Origin: Mustelus asterias
Lineage: Eukaryota
Direction: 5' to 3'
NCBI RefSeq assembly: GCF_964213995.1
Contig: NC_135807.1
Coordinates: 63,488,001-63,552,000 of the forward strand
Length of the DNA: 64,000 nt
The notes under the pieces are model-generated. The model was not told the DNA's origin. It worked only from the letters and a program-made list of their open reading frames with translations, and did no database searches. This document shows, one piece after another, positions 11,180-23,240 of this stretch (its first letter is position 1; each line of letters begins with the position of its first letter). The translations under genes and the position numbers were made by a program.

Positions 11180-14100
11180 TCCATGTGTGGCTCAGGAGCC
11201 CCACTCTGGAGTTGCAGTCTCTGTCACATTTGCTGAAAAGGATCACAGCGGGCCAAGAAGGTGCACGATTCATCTCCCTCTGCTTTCTCTGAACCTTCTT
11301 CTCAGTCAGCTGAGATTTTTGTTTCTGCTTGCCTCTTTGAATGCCCTTCGAAACATTCAGCCTCCAGAGGTCAAGGCTGTCAGTGACTGACTCCTCACTG
11401 TCAGCCGGCAATCTTGATATCCGTTTGCTGGTGCCTTTATAGAGGAAGAATGGATGCTCAGGAGGTCACAACCCAATGGCCAGTTCACCGTACAAAAGGT
11501 CTTTGGGGATATGACCATCATCCATCTGTTGATCAAGGTTGAGCTAGCGCAGACATCATTGGCTCACTAGGAATATACATTGATGGAATTAACATGCTTC
11601 AGGACCGTTGAGCTGGAGGCCTCATCCTGAAAAGATTGCCAAGGATATACATGAGATAGCGAAGGTGAAAACTGTTCAGCATTTTCTCCTGCCCAGCATA
11701 TGTTGTCCACACCTCACTTCTGTAAAGAGTGCTGAAGACACAGGTTTGCTGGACTCAGTTTGGCATGCTCAGTCAGGTTGCTGTTGTTCCACACTCTCTT
11801 ACTAAGCTTGGATGTAACAGCTGCAGATATTGTGAAACATGAGTTAATTTCAGCATCAAGTGATAGATTGCTGGTAATTGTAGAGTATAGATATGTGAAG
11901 CTATCAACAACCTCCAGAGTCATTTGGTCAGAGATGTGAAGATATGGCAACATCCTGGACTATGAAATTTGTCTTAGTGTTGCTGATGGTCAAATCAAAC
12001 ATTTTACAGGCAAGAGAGAGTCTGTCTATTTGTCATTGAAGTTGTTCCTTCCTATGGAAGGCTAGTATGGCCCACCTTTGTATTGGACCTCAGGTGAGCA
12101 AGGCAAACACCCCTGGAGATGGCATGAAGACATATGAAAGCAGCAAAGAGAAGAAAAGGTCAGTGCCAGAATGCAAGACTGGTTCACCCCATTATGGATC
12201 TCAAAGTGATCTGATGTTGTCCCTTACCCATCATGTTGTCATGGAAACAGAAGATCAAATTGAGAAGCTTTGATGGGCAGCCAATTTCCCTATTAGCTTA
12301 AACAGATTGCCTCTTGTCACATTGTAACATGGCTGGGTGGAATTGATGAAGGCAATATCTCGTGTTCTCCTTTGTTCATGGCATTTATCTTAGCAGCTGC
12401 TCCACTGCCACTTGTGGATCTTCTAGTTCTGAAACCACACTAGGATTCAGAATGGATGCATTCAGCCAGGATCTGCAAACTGACAACATGGGCAAATACA
12501 TTTCCCACAATGCTTAGCAGGACGATACCTTGATAGCTGTTGTAATTGACGCAGTTGCCTTTGTTCTTGTACGGGGTCACAGTATTTCCATCACACAAGT
12601 CACAAGGTACTGTCCCCTCCCTCCAACTGAGACAGGTAAACTCGTGTAGATGCTGAAAGAGAGTGGTTTCCATACTTAATGAGTTCAGGTGGCATGGCAT
12701 CATCACCTGGAGCTTTGCACATGGCAAGCACATCTGTAGCTTTGCTAAGCTCCTCCACTGTGGATTCCATATCCAGCTCTGCCATGACAAGACTTCAAGA
12801 AATAGGAACAGGAGTGGACTGTTTGGCCCCTCGAGTCTGCTCTGCCATTACATCGGATCATGGTTGATCCGACATTCCTCACGTTCACTTTCCTGCTCTT
12901 TCCCCATAACCCTTGATTCCCTTAACTGATCAAAAATCTATCTATCTCAGCCTTAAATATGCACAAAGACTCTGCCCCCTGCTCTCAGTGGCAAGAAGTT
13001 CCAAAGACTCACAACCACCTGAGATAAGAAATTCCTCCTCATCTCAGTTTTAAATTGGCATCCCTTTATTCTGAGATTATGCCCTCTGGTCCTAGACTCT
13101 TCCATAAGGGGAAACATCCTCTCAGCATTTACCCTGTCAAGCTCCTTAAGAATCCTATATGTTTCAATGAGATCACTTCTCATTCTTCTAAATTCCAATG
13201 ATTAGAGTCCCAACCTGCTTAACCTTTCCTCATAAGACAACCCCTCCATGCCAGGGATCATCCTGGTGAACCTTCTCTGAACTGCCTCCAATGAAATAAC
13301 ATATTTCCTTAAATAAGGGACCAAAACTAATCATAGTATTCCAGATGTGGTCTAACTAGTGCCTTGTACAGCTGCAGCGAGATTTCTCTATTCTTATTCT
13401 CCAACTCCCTTGAAATAAGGGTTAACATTCCATTACCCTTCCTGATTACCTGCTGCACCTGTGTACTAACTTTCTCTGTTTTGTGCACAAGTACCTCCCA
13501 GGTCCATTTGTGCCATAGCTTTCCACAGTTTTTCTCTATTTAAATAATACTGTTCTTTTGTTCTCCCTTCCAAAATGAACATCTTCAGATTTTCCCACAT
13601 TATACTCCATTTGCCAACTTTTTGCCCACTTTGTATCCCTCTCACAACTTGCCTTTCCACTTAGTTTTGTGTTGTCTGCAAATTGGCTACAATACATTCA
13701 CTTCCTTCCTCCAAGTTATTAATGTATATTGTAAACTGTTGCAGTCCCAGGACTGATCCCTGTGGAATCCCACTGGTTACAAGCATTCTGAGTCTTCGAG
13801 CTTGAATCTCTTTTATAGTTAATGAGAGTGGATCACTTGGCTTCAAGAACTGTTTCCATCACATGATGTTAGCTTCAAACTCAGTCAGCAATTTTCTGCT
13901 ATTGCTTCCCATATGTTAAGAGTTTGTATTGTAGATGTTGTCTTGAAATATATTTCATCTCTTGTCTGCACTCAGTGTGGGAATGCTGGGGATGGCTTGT
14001 TCAATCGAGTTGAATTGTTGATTTTTATCTAGGTAGACAGTATGGCTCATGTTGATATGAGAATGGCATTTCTGCTTTGAATGAAAAATCTTCAAGAGTT

Positions 14101-15130
14101 GAACCCTATCCTTGTTGCACAACAGGGAGTGATTTGCATTACAGTCAGGGCTGTGATAGCTGCCTGTGTTGGCAATGCTGTTCAGATTCTGATGATGATC
14201 AGATCCTGCTGGTGCCAATTCCCTGATCTTGGATATTTCCAGGTCATCTTGTGGAATGGGTTGTTCTGAAAGAAGGTTCCGTTACACATGATAACAGCAA
14301 AGCTCAAGTGGTCTCTGTCAGTTCTCATTTATCTTTCCCAGGACATGTCTGATGCAGGAAGGCCATGCCTCATGGCCTGTACCTACTCTTGCATTGAAAT
14401 ACTCCAGTAGGTAAAGATGTTCCGACTTAGATATTCCGCTAATAGCAAAGTCAAGATCCTTGTAGAACTAGTCTTTCGCTTCTGTAATGGAGCACAAAGT
14501 TGCAGTATAGATATTCATGAGGTTAACTGGCCCTGTTTGAGTTGAGAAGTGGACAGAGGGAACACCTTTTGAACCATTTGTTGGGGTTCTTTACATTGAA
14601 GCTTCCACTTTGTTCACACATTTCCTCTGAACTCTTCCCTTGACAGATTAAAGTAATGCTTTCCTTTCAGTGATCTACTCTCAGCTTTCCTACAAGAGAC
14701 AAGCTTTCCATGTCTATACTCACCTTATTAATGTCCAAGTTGATCACATGCTGTGTGTGTTATTGGCCAGCTTTAAGTTGCCCGTGAATCCCATGCACAT
14801 GGACCTGATGCCGCAGCTTGCCAGTTGAAGAGTTGGCATCTTCTTTCTTTTCATTAGTTTGGTTTGTTTGCTTGGTGCAATGGATTCTGTCCATTTGCTG
14901 AGCAGAAGTTAGAGAGCAGAACTCCCTAAGTTCCGAGCATCCATTGACAGAGATGGGTCATGGTAGGTCAGCAAGCGATTAGTCAAGAGCTGCTCGACTT
15001 GCGGTGGGCAATGGCTAGCCAGTGGGACACAATGGTCCCTCTCCACCATTGCGAGGCACCCATTCTCTATGCCAACTGAGTTGCCTAACCCCATGTCAGT
15101 GGAGGCATCATTTATCCTTAATGCGAATAA
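11180..15130 (-). mobile_element. Near-full-length decayed RTE-clade LINE, split by a CR1 insertion
   Basis: Endonuclease region about 13800-14830. RT motifs KAPGDD, NYNSYQGIVLLSIVGNVFA, LEVVDSFTYL.STITSNLSLDAEIN. C-terminal K-C-D-R-D-C-N-S-R-V-G-L-L-S-H motif near 11185. Confidence 0.8.
12790..13785 (-). mobile_element. CR1 LINE, 5'-truncated
   Basis: VTSGIPQGSVLG..., EFRRMRSDLIETYRILK...TRGHNLRIKG...RRNF and a typical 3' end. Confidence 0.9.
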
Positions 15131-15849
15131 TGGCAATTCACTTGGGCTAAAAAAGTAATTTCAGATGGAATTCTGTGATCCAACTGAATAAGAAACAGCT
15201 GAAAAGATACGGCATCATTAAACAGAGATTTAAAAAAAATCATATTTGAAAGCAATGATTTCACTGCTGAGGGTTAGGTTCCCTTTAACATGAAACATGA
15301 CATCTTCCACATCCGTTTCTCAGCTTGGAAACAGCTGTTACATTTTGTGAAAGAGTTTCAAAGTTGCTACAAATTAGAGTTTTATCAGTAATGATTTTTG
15401 TGAGACTGAAACCAATTATCTTTGTTCCATTTGGATCAAGACCCTGACAAATCTTTGTTTTGTTTCAGCTAAGATTTCAGTTTTCTCTCACGCCATAAGT
15501 ATCAATAAGGGACACAAAAAAGACTTGCGCAACACTTACGTTTTTAGATCCAGAATGAATGATTGTACTCCTTTTCTATCCATAAAATATTTTTGACAGG
15601 AGCTTCAGTTTAGGCATTGAAAAGGATTTGCATAAATGTCAGTTTGAAGGACATTTCTGATAACCATGTTTTATGAGGAGTTTGTAGCTTGCAAGCTTGA
15701 AATTGTCATTCATGAAATGATAATGTCCAGCAAATCTGATCACCATTCTGGCTTGGCGTGCATGGTACACATACAGGCCAGTTTTGCCATGTGGTGCAAC
15801 AACTATATAGTATTTTAATCTAGTTAAAGTGTCCCAAGGCAATCCAAAG

Positions 15850-16320
15850 GAACCTTATAAAAACATTTAATACCAAGTCATATTACGAGATATTAGAGAT
15901 GATGACCAAAAGCTTGATCAAAGAGGTAAATTTTTAAGGAGTGTCGTAATGGCAGGGAGAGATAGACAGAAAAAGAGTTTTAGGGATGGAAATCTAGAGC
16001 TGAACCAGCTGAAAGCACAGCACAAATGACGAAGCACTTAAAATAGGGAATGTGCAAGAGATCAGAATTGGATGAGGCGCAGAGATCTTGGAGGCAAATA
16101 AGGTTGGAAGACATTAACGAGATAGGGATAGCCATTGAGGGACTTGGAAACAAGATTAAGAAATTAAAATTGAGATGTTATCAAACCGGAAGCCAATTAT
16201 AAATCTGCAATCACAGGGTTGTGTTTGAACTGGACTTTGTGTGAGTTAGGGTATGAGCAGTGAAGGTTTGGATGAACTCAAGTTTTTGGTGTGTGGAAGA
16301 TGAGTGGCCAGCCAGATAAT
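15850..16320 (-). mobile_element. L2-type LINE 3' remnant
   Basis: TGACCAAAAGCTTGATCAAAGAGGTA...TTTTAAGGAG signature; complementary to the plus-strand remnant at 31040. Confidence 0.55.
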
Positions 16321-16419
16321 GGATTAATCATGTTATCCTCATGTCGTAACTTTTCATGGAAATAATTGGTTGAGATTGATTGCCATATTTAGCCAACAAC
16401 TCCATTATCATTGTCAAAG

Positions 16420-17110
16420 GAACATAGGACTTAGGAGCAGGAGTAGACCATCAAGCCCTTCGAGCCTGTTCTATCATTCAATAAGATCATGGCAGATCTG
16501 GTTGTGTCTCAACTTTATTCTGTCATCAGCACCCTCTTCCACACCCCCATAAATCTGACTTCCTTGTCTATCAAAAATTGCTCTAACTCTGCCCTGAATA
16601 AATTCAATGTCCCAGTCTCCACTGCTTTCTGTGGAAGAAAATTCCACGTACCAATGACCATTTGAGAGAAAAGATTCTCCTTATCTCCATCTTAAATGTA
16701 GACCTCTTATTCTTAAACTGTGTCCCCAGGTTCCAGCCTCTCCCACAAGTGGAAGTATCCTCCCTATATCTACCCTATCAAAACCCCTCAGGATCCCATA
16801 TGTTTCAATAAGATCACATCTCATTCTTCTAAACTTCAATGAAGCCCAACCTACCTTCATAAGATTAAGCCACTCATCCCAGGAATCAGTCGAGCAAACC
16901 TTCTCTGAATTGCCTCTAACATAATGATACCTTTTTTCAAGTAAGTAAGACAAAACTGCACACAGTACTTCAGATGTGGTCTCACCAGGAGCTGTTTTGT
17001 ACAGCTGCCGTAAACTTTCCTGACTTTTCTGTTCCATTCCCCTTGTAATAAATGCCAACATTCTATTTGCCTTCTTAATCACTTGCTGTCCCTGCATACC
17101 AACTTTTTGA
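16420..17110 (-). mobile_element. CR1 LINE 3' fragment
   Basis: ORF 16681..17097 (QQVIKKANRMLAFITRG...FRRMRCDLIETY). Confidence 0.88.
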
Positions 17111-17937
17111 GAGTATCAGGAGAATAGACGGCAAACGAGATGAATCATCATCCTTTTTAAGCGTTTTCTATGTCCCACATGAACAGAAATATGCACACCC
17201 ATAGTTAGATGTGATCGAATTTCTCAGCCCGTAGGTTTCAACTTTACAACTAAACATGAATATGACAGTCTAAATGAAAAAATACTCAGAGCCTCCTAAG
17301 TTAACTGTCAAAGTTATACATACCATCAGTAAAATCAGTGTAAAAGTTCAGGTAATCTTCATCAATCCAAGAGGCCAACATGATAAGCCCAGTATTGTAC
17401 CACTGCAGAAGTTGCCTATGAGTAAGATTTATTTCTAGGGGAGATGTGCCATCCAATATATTAAACCTTTCTGTTTCTCAAATCTTCTCGATTAAATTTA
17501 GGAAGGTTTATTGAGTTGGGTACTGCTTAAAAAAATGAGTGTTGTCACAACTGATGCTAAACTGCTCTGTAGAAAATAAACAATTCAAATTAAAGTGAAT
17601 GCCATGTGTGTTGTATTATGACATATTGTAATTGTCACAAAACTATCAAGTAGAAAATTTAAATAGCAGCTTCCATGTCTGTTAATCCATTGAGCTGCAA
17701 ATTTGCATCTGGCACTTACATTAAATTTTGCCCAATACCATTTAGGCACAGTCTGGAATGAGAAAAACATTCTTTCCTTCCAATGGACATTTTACTGTCT
17801 CATTCCATGATACGGTAATTAACTTATTTACACAGCTTCAAATAAAAAGCATCTTCTGACATGTTGGAACATTTCTGTCAAGGAAATGGTCTTTCCCTTC
17901 CCCCGCTCCTGTATTTTCACAACAGGGTGACACTCAC

Positions 17938-19441
17938 CTTCTAAGTTTGTCTCTAACTTGTGGATTCTTGATCTCATTTTGTAAGTCCTCAAAGTCCTGA
18001 ACAGTACTCATATTACAAAATACTCTGTAGTCGGGATAGGGAGGGATGCCATGATCCCGACCCCTCTGGATGTTCATTGCTGCCAAGTCCAAGGCAACAG
18101 CATGAGCCATGGAAAAGAGCCTCTCCGTTAGTTCCAAATTGAGAACCTCTGAGGGGACTCGCATTTTCCCTGCAGAAGCAAAAAGGCCACGGAGAAGTGG
18201 ATCAATACCCCCTTCTTGGATAAGTCTGAAGGGAGAGAAGAAAGCCTTGTGAAGGGGAAGGTGGCCTTCTGGAATTGGTTGAAAAGAACTGTTCAGTCGA
18301 TGGAGAATAGGATTGATTAATGTGTGACCAAACCGAAAAGCCGCTGTGGCAAAAGCATTAAAGATTGCCCCATTCATATTTGGATTGTAGCTATTATATG
18401 GTCCCATCATTTTCATTCCCACATCTCCCAGGATTTTAGGGAGCCAGTGATTATATGTGATGTGCTGCATCTGTGCTCCAATAATTTTCCGGGCTTCTTG
18501 ATAAACAGTGTCTCCATCCCAGTGAGGATTCAATCTCAGTAGTTCAGTAGCAATACGATTATGTTCACGGAACCACAAGGTGTGCATGGCTGTCAGCGCA
18601 ACGTGTTCATTCGCCCTGTGATCTCCTGCAAGGAAGCAAGGAATTGGGCTTTCATTTTCATCCTTCAAGCATTCTATCGATTGGCCTGTGGCAAAAGGCA
18701 ACATGTGTTTACCGGATCTTGGCACAACCTGACCTTCTTTTAGCAGACCGTGTTGATTTGTAAGGTCTCTCACTTCCATGGTGTCACGGTCTGTACTACC
18801 GTACACATTAGATGCATCTATGTATGATGTTAGGTGATTAATCTGCTCTCTGGCATACACTGACTTCATCAGTAAGGAAGTCATGCCACTGCCACAAACT
18901 GGACTGGAGCGAACAAAAAACATGCATCTTGCATTTCTTACGCGAGGATCATTTTCTGGAATCATAATTGGGAAGCAAGGGGGATCATTATTGCATGCGG
19001 AGCTGCAAGACTGTCCATCGGAAAATCGCGACATACTGAGAGCTGGAACAGTTAGGTCCAAATCATGGTCCAAAAATTGGCCCCACTGCATCAGAATGTG
19101 TGTAAATCTGTCATCTGGAGTTATCGTCTCTGTCCCAATCATTGTTGTTGAAACAAGGCGAGGGAGCGGTAAGGGATGGCCACTATACAAACGCTTGGAT
19201 TCAGTACCTCTGGGGAGGCTAAAACCATTTTCATAAACTGGTTTTAGAATTCTCTGAAACGCTGTGAGCGATGCCCCCCACATTGGATGCTGGAGATTGT
19301 TACACGTGCCATCGTGACTTCGATACTTCTGATGATAACATATGTCTGAGCAGTTTGGGAACCGTCTATGAGCAGTGCACCCAGAGAGATTGGCTATTAG
19401 GTCCAGATAACGTGGAGAAACAAGGTCATTGTAGCGGAAGT
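17938..19441 (-). CDS. PXDNL: Peroxidasin-family (PXDNL-like) large exon, heme peroxidase domain (equivalent to human exon 17), 1504 nt
   Basis: Lies within ORF 17934..19481. Acceptor tttctttcag|AC at 19441, donor AAG|gtgagt at 17938. Encodes [11 protein letters not shown]...[15 protein letters not shown]...[10 protein letters not shown]...LTSYIDAS...GDHRANE...AFRFGH...NIQRGRDHG. Peroxidasin family is certain; PXDNL versus PXDN rests on recalled diagnostic residues. Confidence 0.96.
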
Positions 19442-21339
19442 CTGAAAGAAATAAAAGATGGTTAGCATAAGCTATTCCCAATCATGGAAATTAATCTCTC
19501 CCAATCATTTTGACATTGCCTCTGACTTGACCCAGTGCTTTCCTACGATTTTAATGGAAACCTGTGCTCGTAAGAATTGTGGATGGCGCAACATCAGAGC
19601 AGCTTTTCGGAGTGGAAAACAATCCTGAACTGAAAGAAAACTGTACTCCAACAGATTTTCCCATCATGAGCAGCTATAAAGACTCATAATGCCCAATACT
19701 TTCAATAGCAACTACTAACATATCCTGGAAGCTGTTTGGACACGACTTTATATCAAAATGCTGAGTGTTTTCCCTTTGGTATTATGCTGTCCAAGCTCAC
19801 TTTCTAACCAGCAAACAAATCTGGTAACAATAAGCTGCTGATGTCATTGTGTCTTAGTACAATACATGATCTGGATAGAAAAGAACCAGAGAACATTCCA
19901 GAAAGAGAAGGTGAAGAAATAGCAGCTCAGCTCACCTATCAGCTGATGCTGGCAATTCTAATCAGCTGGAGCGGTTCATTTGGATCACCAGTCAGCAGAA
20001 ATGCAAATATTTAACATGGTTGAAACAAATATTTCCTTGAGAAATTCATGAGAAGAATATTCAAAATAAAATTATAAATCCACGCTTCTCAGCAATTTAC
20101 TTACACTGAACCAAACTGCAGGAGAATTAAACCATAAAGCAATGTTAATCCCCTTTTATCAAATCACTTTGTCTAATTTATATAAATTAACCAAAGTGCA
20201 TGATAGAATTCTTGAGACCTGGGGGTGAGGGGGGGATTCCCCAGGGCTGTTAGCTACAGTCGGGATTCCCGTTGGCCTGTTGAATCGGGCGTGAGGGCCA
20301 AATCGGGATTCTCACCGGGCGTCAAACCTGTTGCGAGTCTCCCGGCCCGCTGCACCTGCCCCGGTCAGCTTCTTGCCCAGAGTGGGAGGGAACCTTATCA
20401 CTTCTACTTTAAAGTCATTGAAGTCCAGCAGCCACCAATATTTCCAGGTCCTGACAACCATAGACCAGGTGCCATGGACTCTGAGAAAGGGGCAGGGAGG
20501 TAAGTACAGTGTCCATGTGCCCCTTCTGCTGCTGCCAGGCTGCAGTGGTGGGAGTCTTCAACAGACCTGGGGGTCAGAGGGGGCTTGGGCTGGGGGGAAG
20601 TGGTTGACCTTGGGGCTCTCCAGTGGGATGTTTGTCTCGTGGATGCACTTCTCCCTCTTGCTCTGCGAAACATGGAATGACTCTGAGGATGGTGATTTCA
20701 GGCAACTTTCAGGTTACAGTCTTTATTAGTGCCTGTATTCTATAAAACCTTTGAAGTGGCCTGGTGATTTTTAAATCCATGCCCCCTGAAGACCTGGAAG
20801 CCTTCAAGATCAAATAGCGCTCCGTTGTCCACTCTTAAACCCAAAACAAACTGCTGGTAAATTTTCTGCTTTACAAATTGCTGGTGGAAATTTGAAAATC
20901 TTGCAGATTTAAAGAAGGTAAAATCAAGGTCCCTTAGGGGGACTAGCTAGAGGATTCATTTAGAGCAGTTAGATCGTTTTTTTCTTAAACAGGTGAGGTA
21001 GAGGCTATACAAACAAGATTGCCAGTGCCGTAGCATGAAGTGGCATTTTGCTCTGAATGCTTGGAAGTTAAGGTAAGTGTGGGAAATTAGGAAGGTGGGG
21101 GAGGGGGTATTGTTATGGCTTGTTTTTCTTCATTGAGTCCGCAGGCCAAGGCAGGAGGAATGAACTTGTCTGTGTGATCACAGCTAAGTGACTGGTAGGT
21201 GAATCCTTTTCTCTTCTACCTTTCTGACTTTGGAAATGAAGGCTAGCTGGGGAAACATAAATTGTGGAAAGTAAGGATTAGTGGAATAAGTAAAAACAAA
21301 TTTAAATTCTAAATAAAATAAAATAGGGATGTAAAGTCA

Positions 21340-22925
21340 GGCGATGTGTTGTAACTGCAACATGGGAGGGCTGGTGGATACCATTATGGTTCATAGTGAC
21401 CACGTCTGCAGATGTTTCTCGAGGAACATCAGCTCAGAGCTAGTGAGCTGGCGTCTGAGCTTCAGACATTGCAACATATCAGGGAGGGGGTGAGTTACCT
21501 GGATGCTGTGTTTCAGGAGGCAGCCGCACCCCTTAGGTTAACTGCCTTAAATTCTGTCATTTGTCAGAGTCAGGAGGGTGTGACTGTGAATGAGGTGAGT
21601 GGAAGGATCCAAGAGATAGCATTACAGAAGCCTTAGCCCCTGCCCTTATCCAACAGGATTGAGAGTCTTGCTCCCTGTGTGGACAAAAGCAGGACTGTAG
21701 GGAGGATGAGCAAACTGACCACGGCACCAGAGTTCAGGAAGCCATTCAAGAGGGGGGGAGAAAAGATAAATATAGTCATAGTGGGGATTGTTACTCCAAC
21801 CAGGATCAAGATTCTCAAAGGTGTTTTTCCTGCCCGGTGCCAGTGTTTGGGACATCTGCTCTGGGCTGGAGAGGAACTTGTAGTGGGAGGGGGAGAATCT
21901 CGTGGTCATGGTCCATGAAGGTTTCAATGACATAGGCAGAACAAGGATGGAGATTCTGTGTAGGCCGTTTGAGGAGTTAGGCACTAAATTGAAAAACAGA
22001 ACTTCCAATGTTATAATTTCTGGATCATTACCTGAGCCATGTGCAAATTGGCAAAAGGTACGTAACATTCGAGAGATGAATGTGTAGTTCAAAGACTGGT
22101 GTGGGAGAAGTGGGTTTCAGTTTGAGGGGCACTGGTATCAGTACGAGGGAAAATGGGGGTTGTACCATTGGGACAATACAAAGGCAAATGATTATCCAAA
22201 TGGAGAAAAACTTAATAGTGCATCGGAGCAGAGGGATGTCTGTGTTCTTGTGTATGAATCACAGAAAACTAGTATGTAGGCGCAACAGGTAATAAGGAAA
22301 GCAAATGGAACCTTGGCATTTATTATAAAAGTAGTGAAGTGTTGCTGCTACTGTACAAAGCATTAGTGAGACCGCACTTAGAATATTGTTTTGGTCCCTG
22401 TACTTGAGGAGGGATGTAGTTGCACTGGAGACGATTCAGAGGAGGTTCACCAGATTGATTCCAGAGATGAGGGGTTTGACTTACCAAGAGAGGTTGGGCA
22501 GTTTAGGCCTATATTCCCTGGAGCTTAGAACAACGAGAAGAGATCGAATTGAGGTGTAAAAGATGATGAGGGGGATTGACAAAGTAGACATGGAGAGGAT
22601 GTTTCCTCTTGTAGAGCAATCTAGAGCAACAGGTCATAGTTTTAGGATAAGGGGTAGCAGATTTAAAATAGAGATGAGGAGAAATTACTTCTCACAAAGG
22701 GTAGTGAGCCTGTGGGATTCACTACTCCAGAGCACGGTGGATGCCAGGACTTTGTGTAAATTTAACGAAGAGGTGGACAGATATTTAATTAGTAAGAGTT
22801 TGAGGGACAGTAGTGAATGGGCAGGAAAGTGGAGTTGAGGCCAAGTTGAGATCAGCTTTGATCGTATTAAATGGTGGAGCAGGATCGAGAGGCTGAATTG
22901 CCTACTCCTGCTCCTCGTTTCTATG
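21340..22925 (+). mobile_element. CR1 LINE with ORF1 (zinc-finger/coiled-coil plus SGNH esterase) joined by an internal deletion to the ORF2 C-terminus and 3' UTR
   Basis: ELASELQTLQHIREG, VMVH.G.NDIG, VIISG.LPEP (ORF1); MMRGIDKVD...GHSFRIRG...RRNYFSQRVV (ORF2); tail TTTCTATGATTCT. Confidence 0.85.
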
Positions 22926-22931
22926 ATTCTA

Positions 22932-23240
22932 GGGCAGGGATGCCCTTGCTTGATTTCAGGAGCCTTAGGTGTTACCAAAGCTCTTTGAAGTACTTTGATG
23001 GACAGGAGATATCAGTTTCACTCGGGGGATACCCTTTGCTTTTTCTCATAAGCCTAAGGTGCTCAGAAAGAACTTTGAATGATGGACAGGGAATGTCAGT
23101 TTCACTAGGGGGAAACCCCTTTCTAGCCTGAATGAGCGTCAGGTGCTGCCTAACCTCTTTGAACTGCTTTGATGAATTATTTTATTATTGACACAATCAT
23201 TTTATGCTCCATTAAGCCTGAGGTGCTTCCTCTTTTGAAC
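22932..23240. repeat. Degenerate tandem repeat, roughly 80-85 bp period
   Basis: Recurring TGATGGACAGG...TCAGTTTCACT.GGGG and AGCCT.AGGTG...CTTTGAA units. Confidence 0.55.

Noticed and set aside
1-17937. Next peroxidasin exon (LYG...RDGDR)
   Set aside because: I searched for the reverse-complement GDR-plus-donor pattern and did not find it. It presumably lies beyond the window start, so this is not evidence of gene truncation.
19442-19481. N-terminus [13 protein letters not shown] of the 515-aa ORF as a real start, making a single-exon peroxidase gene
   Set aside because: It is the intron's polypyrimidine tract and acceptor. Homology starts at 19441 and the phase matches the upstream exon.
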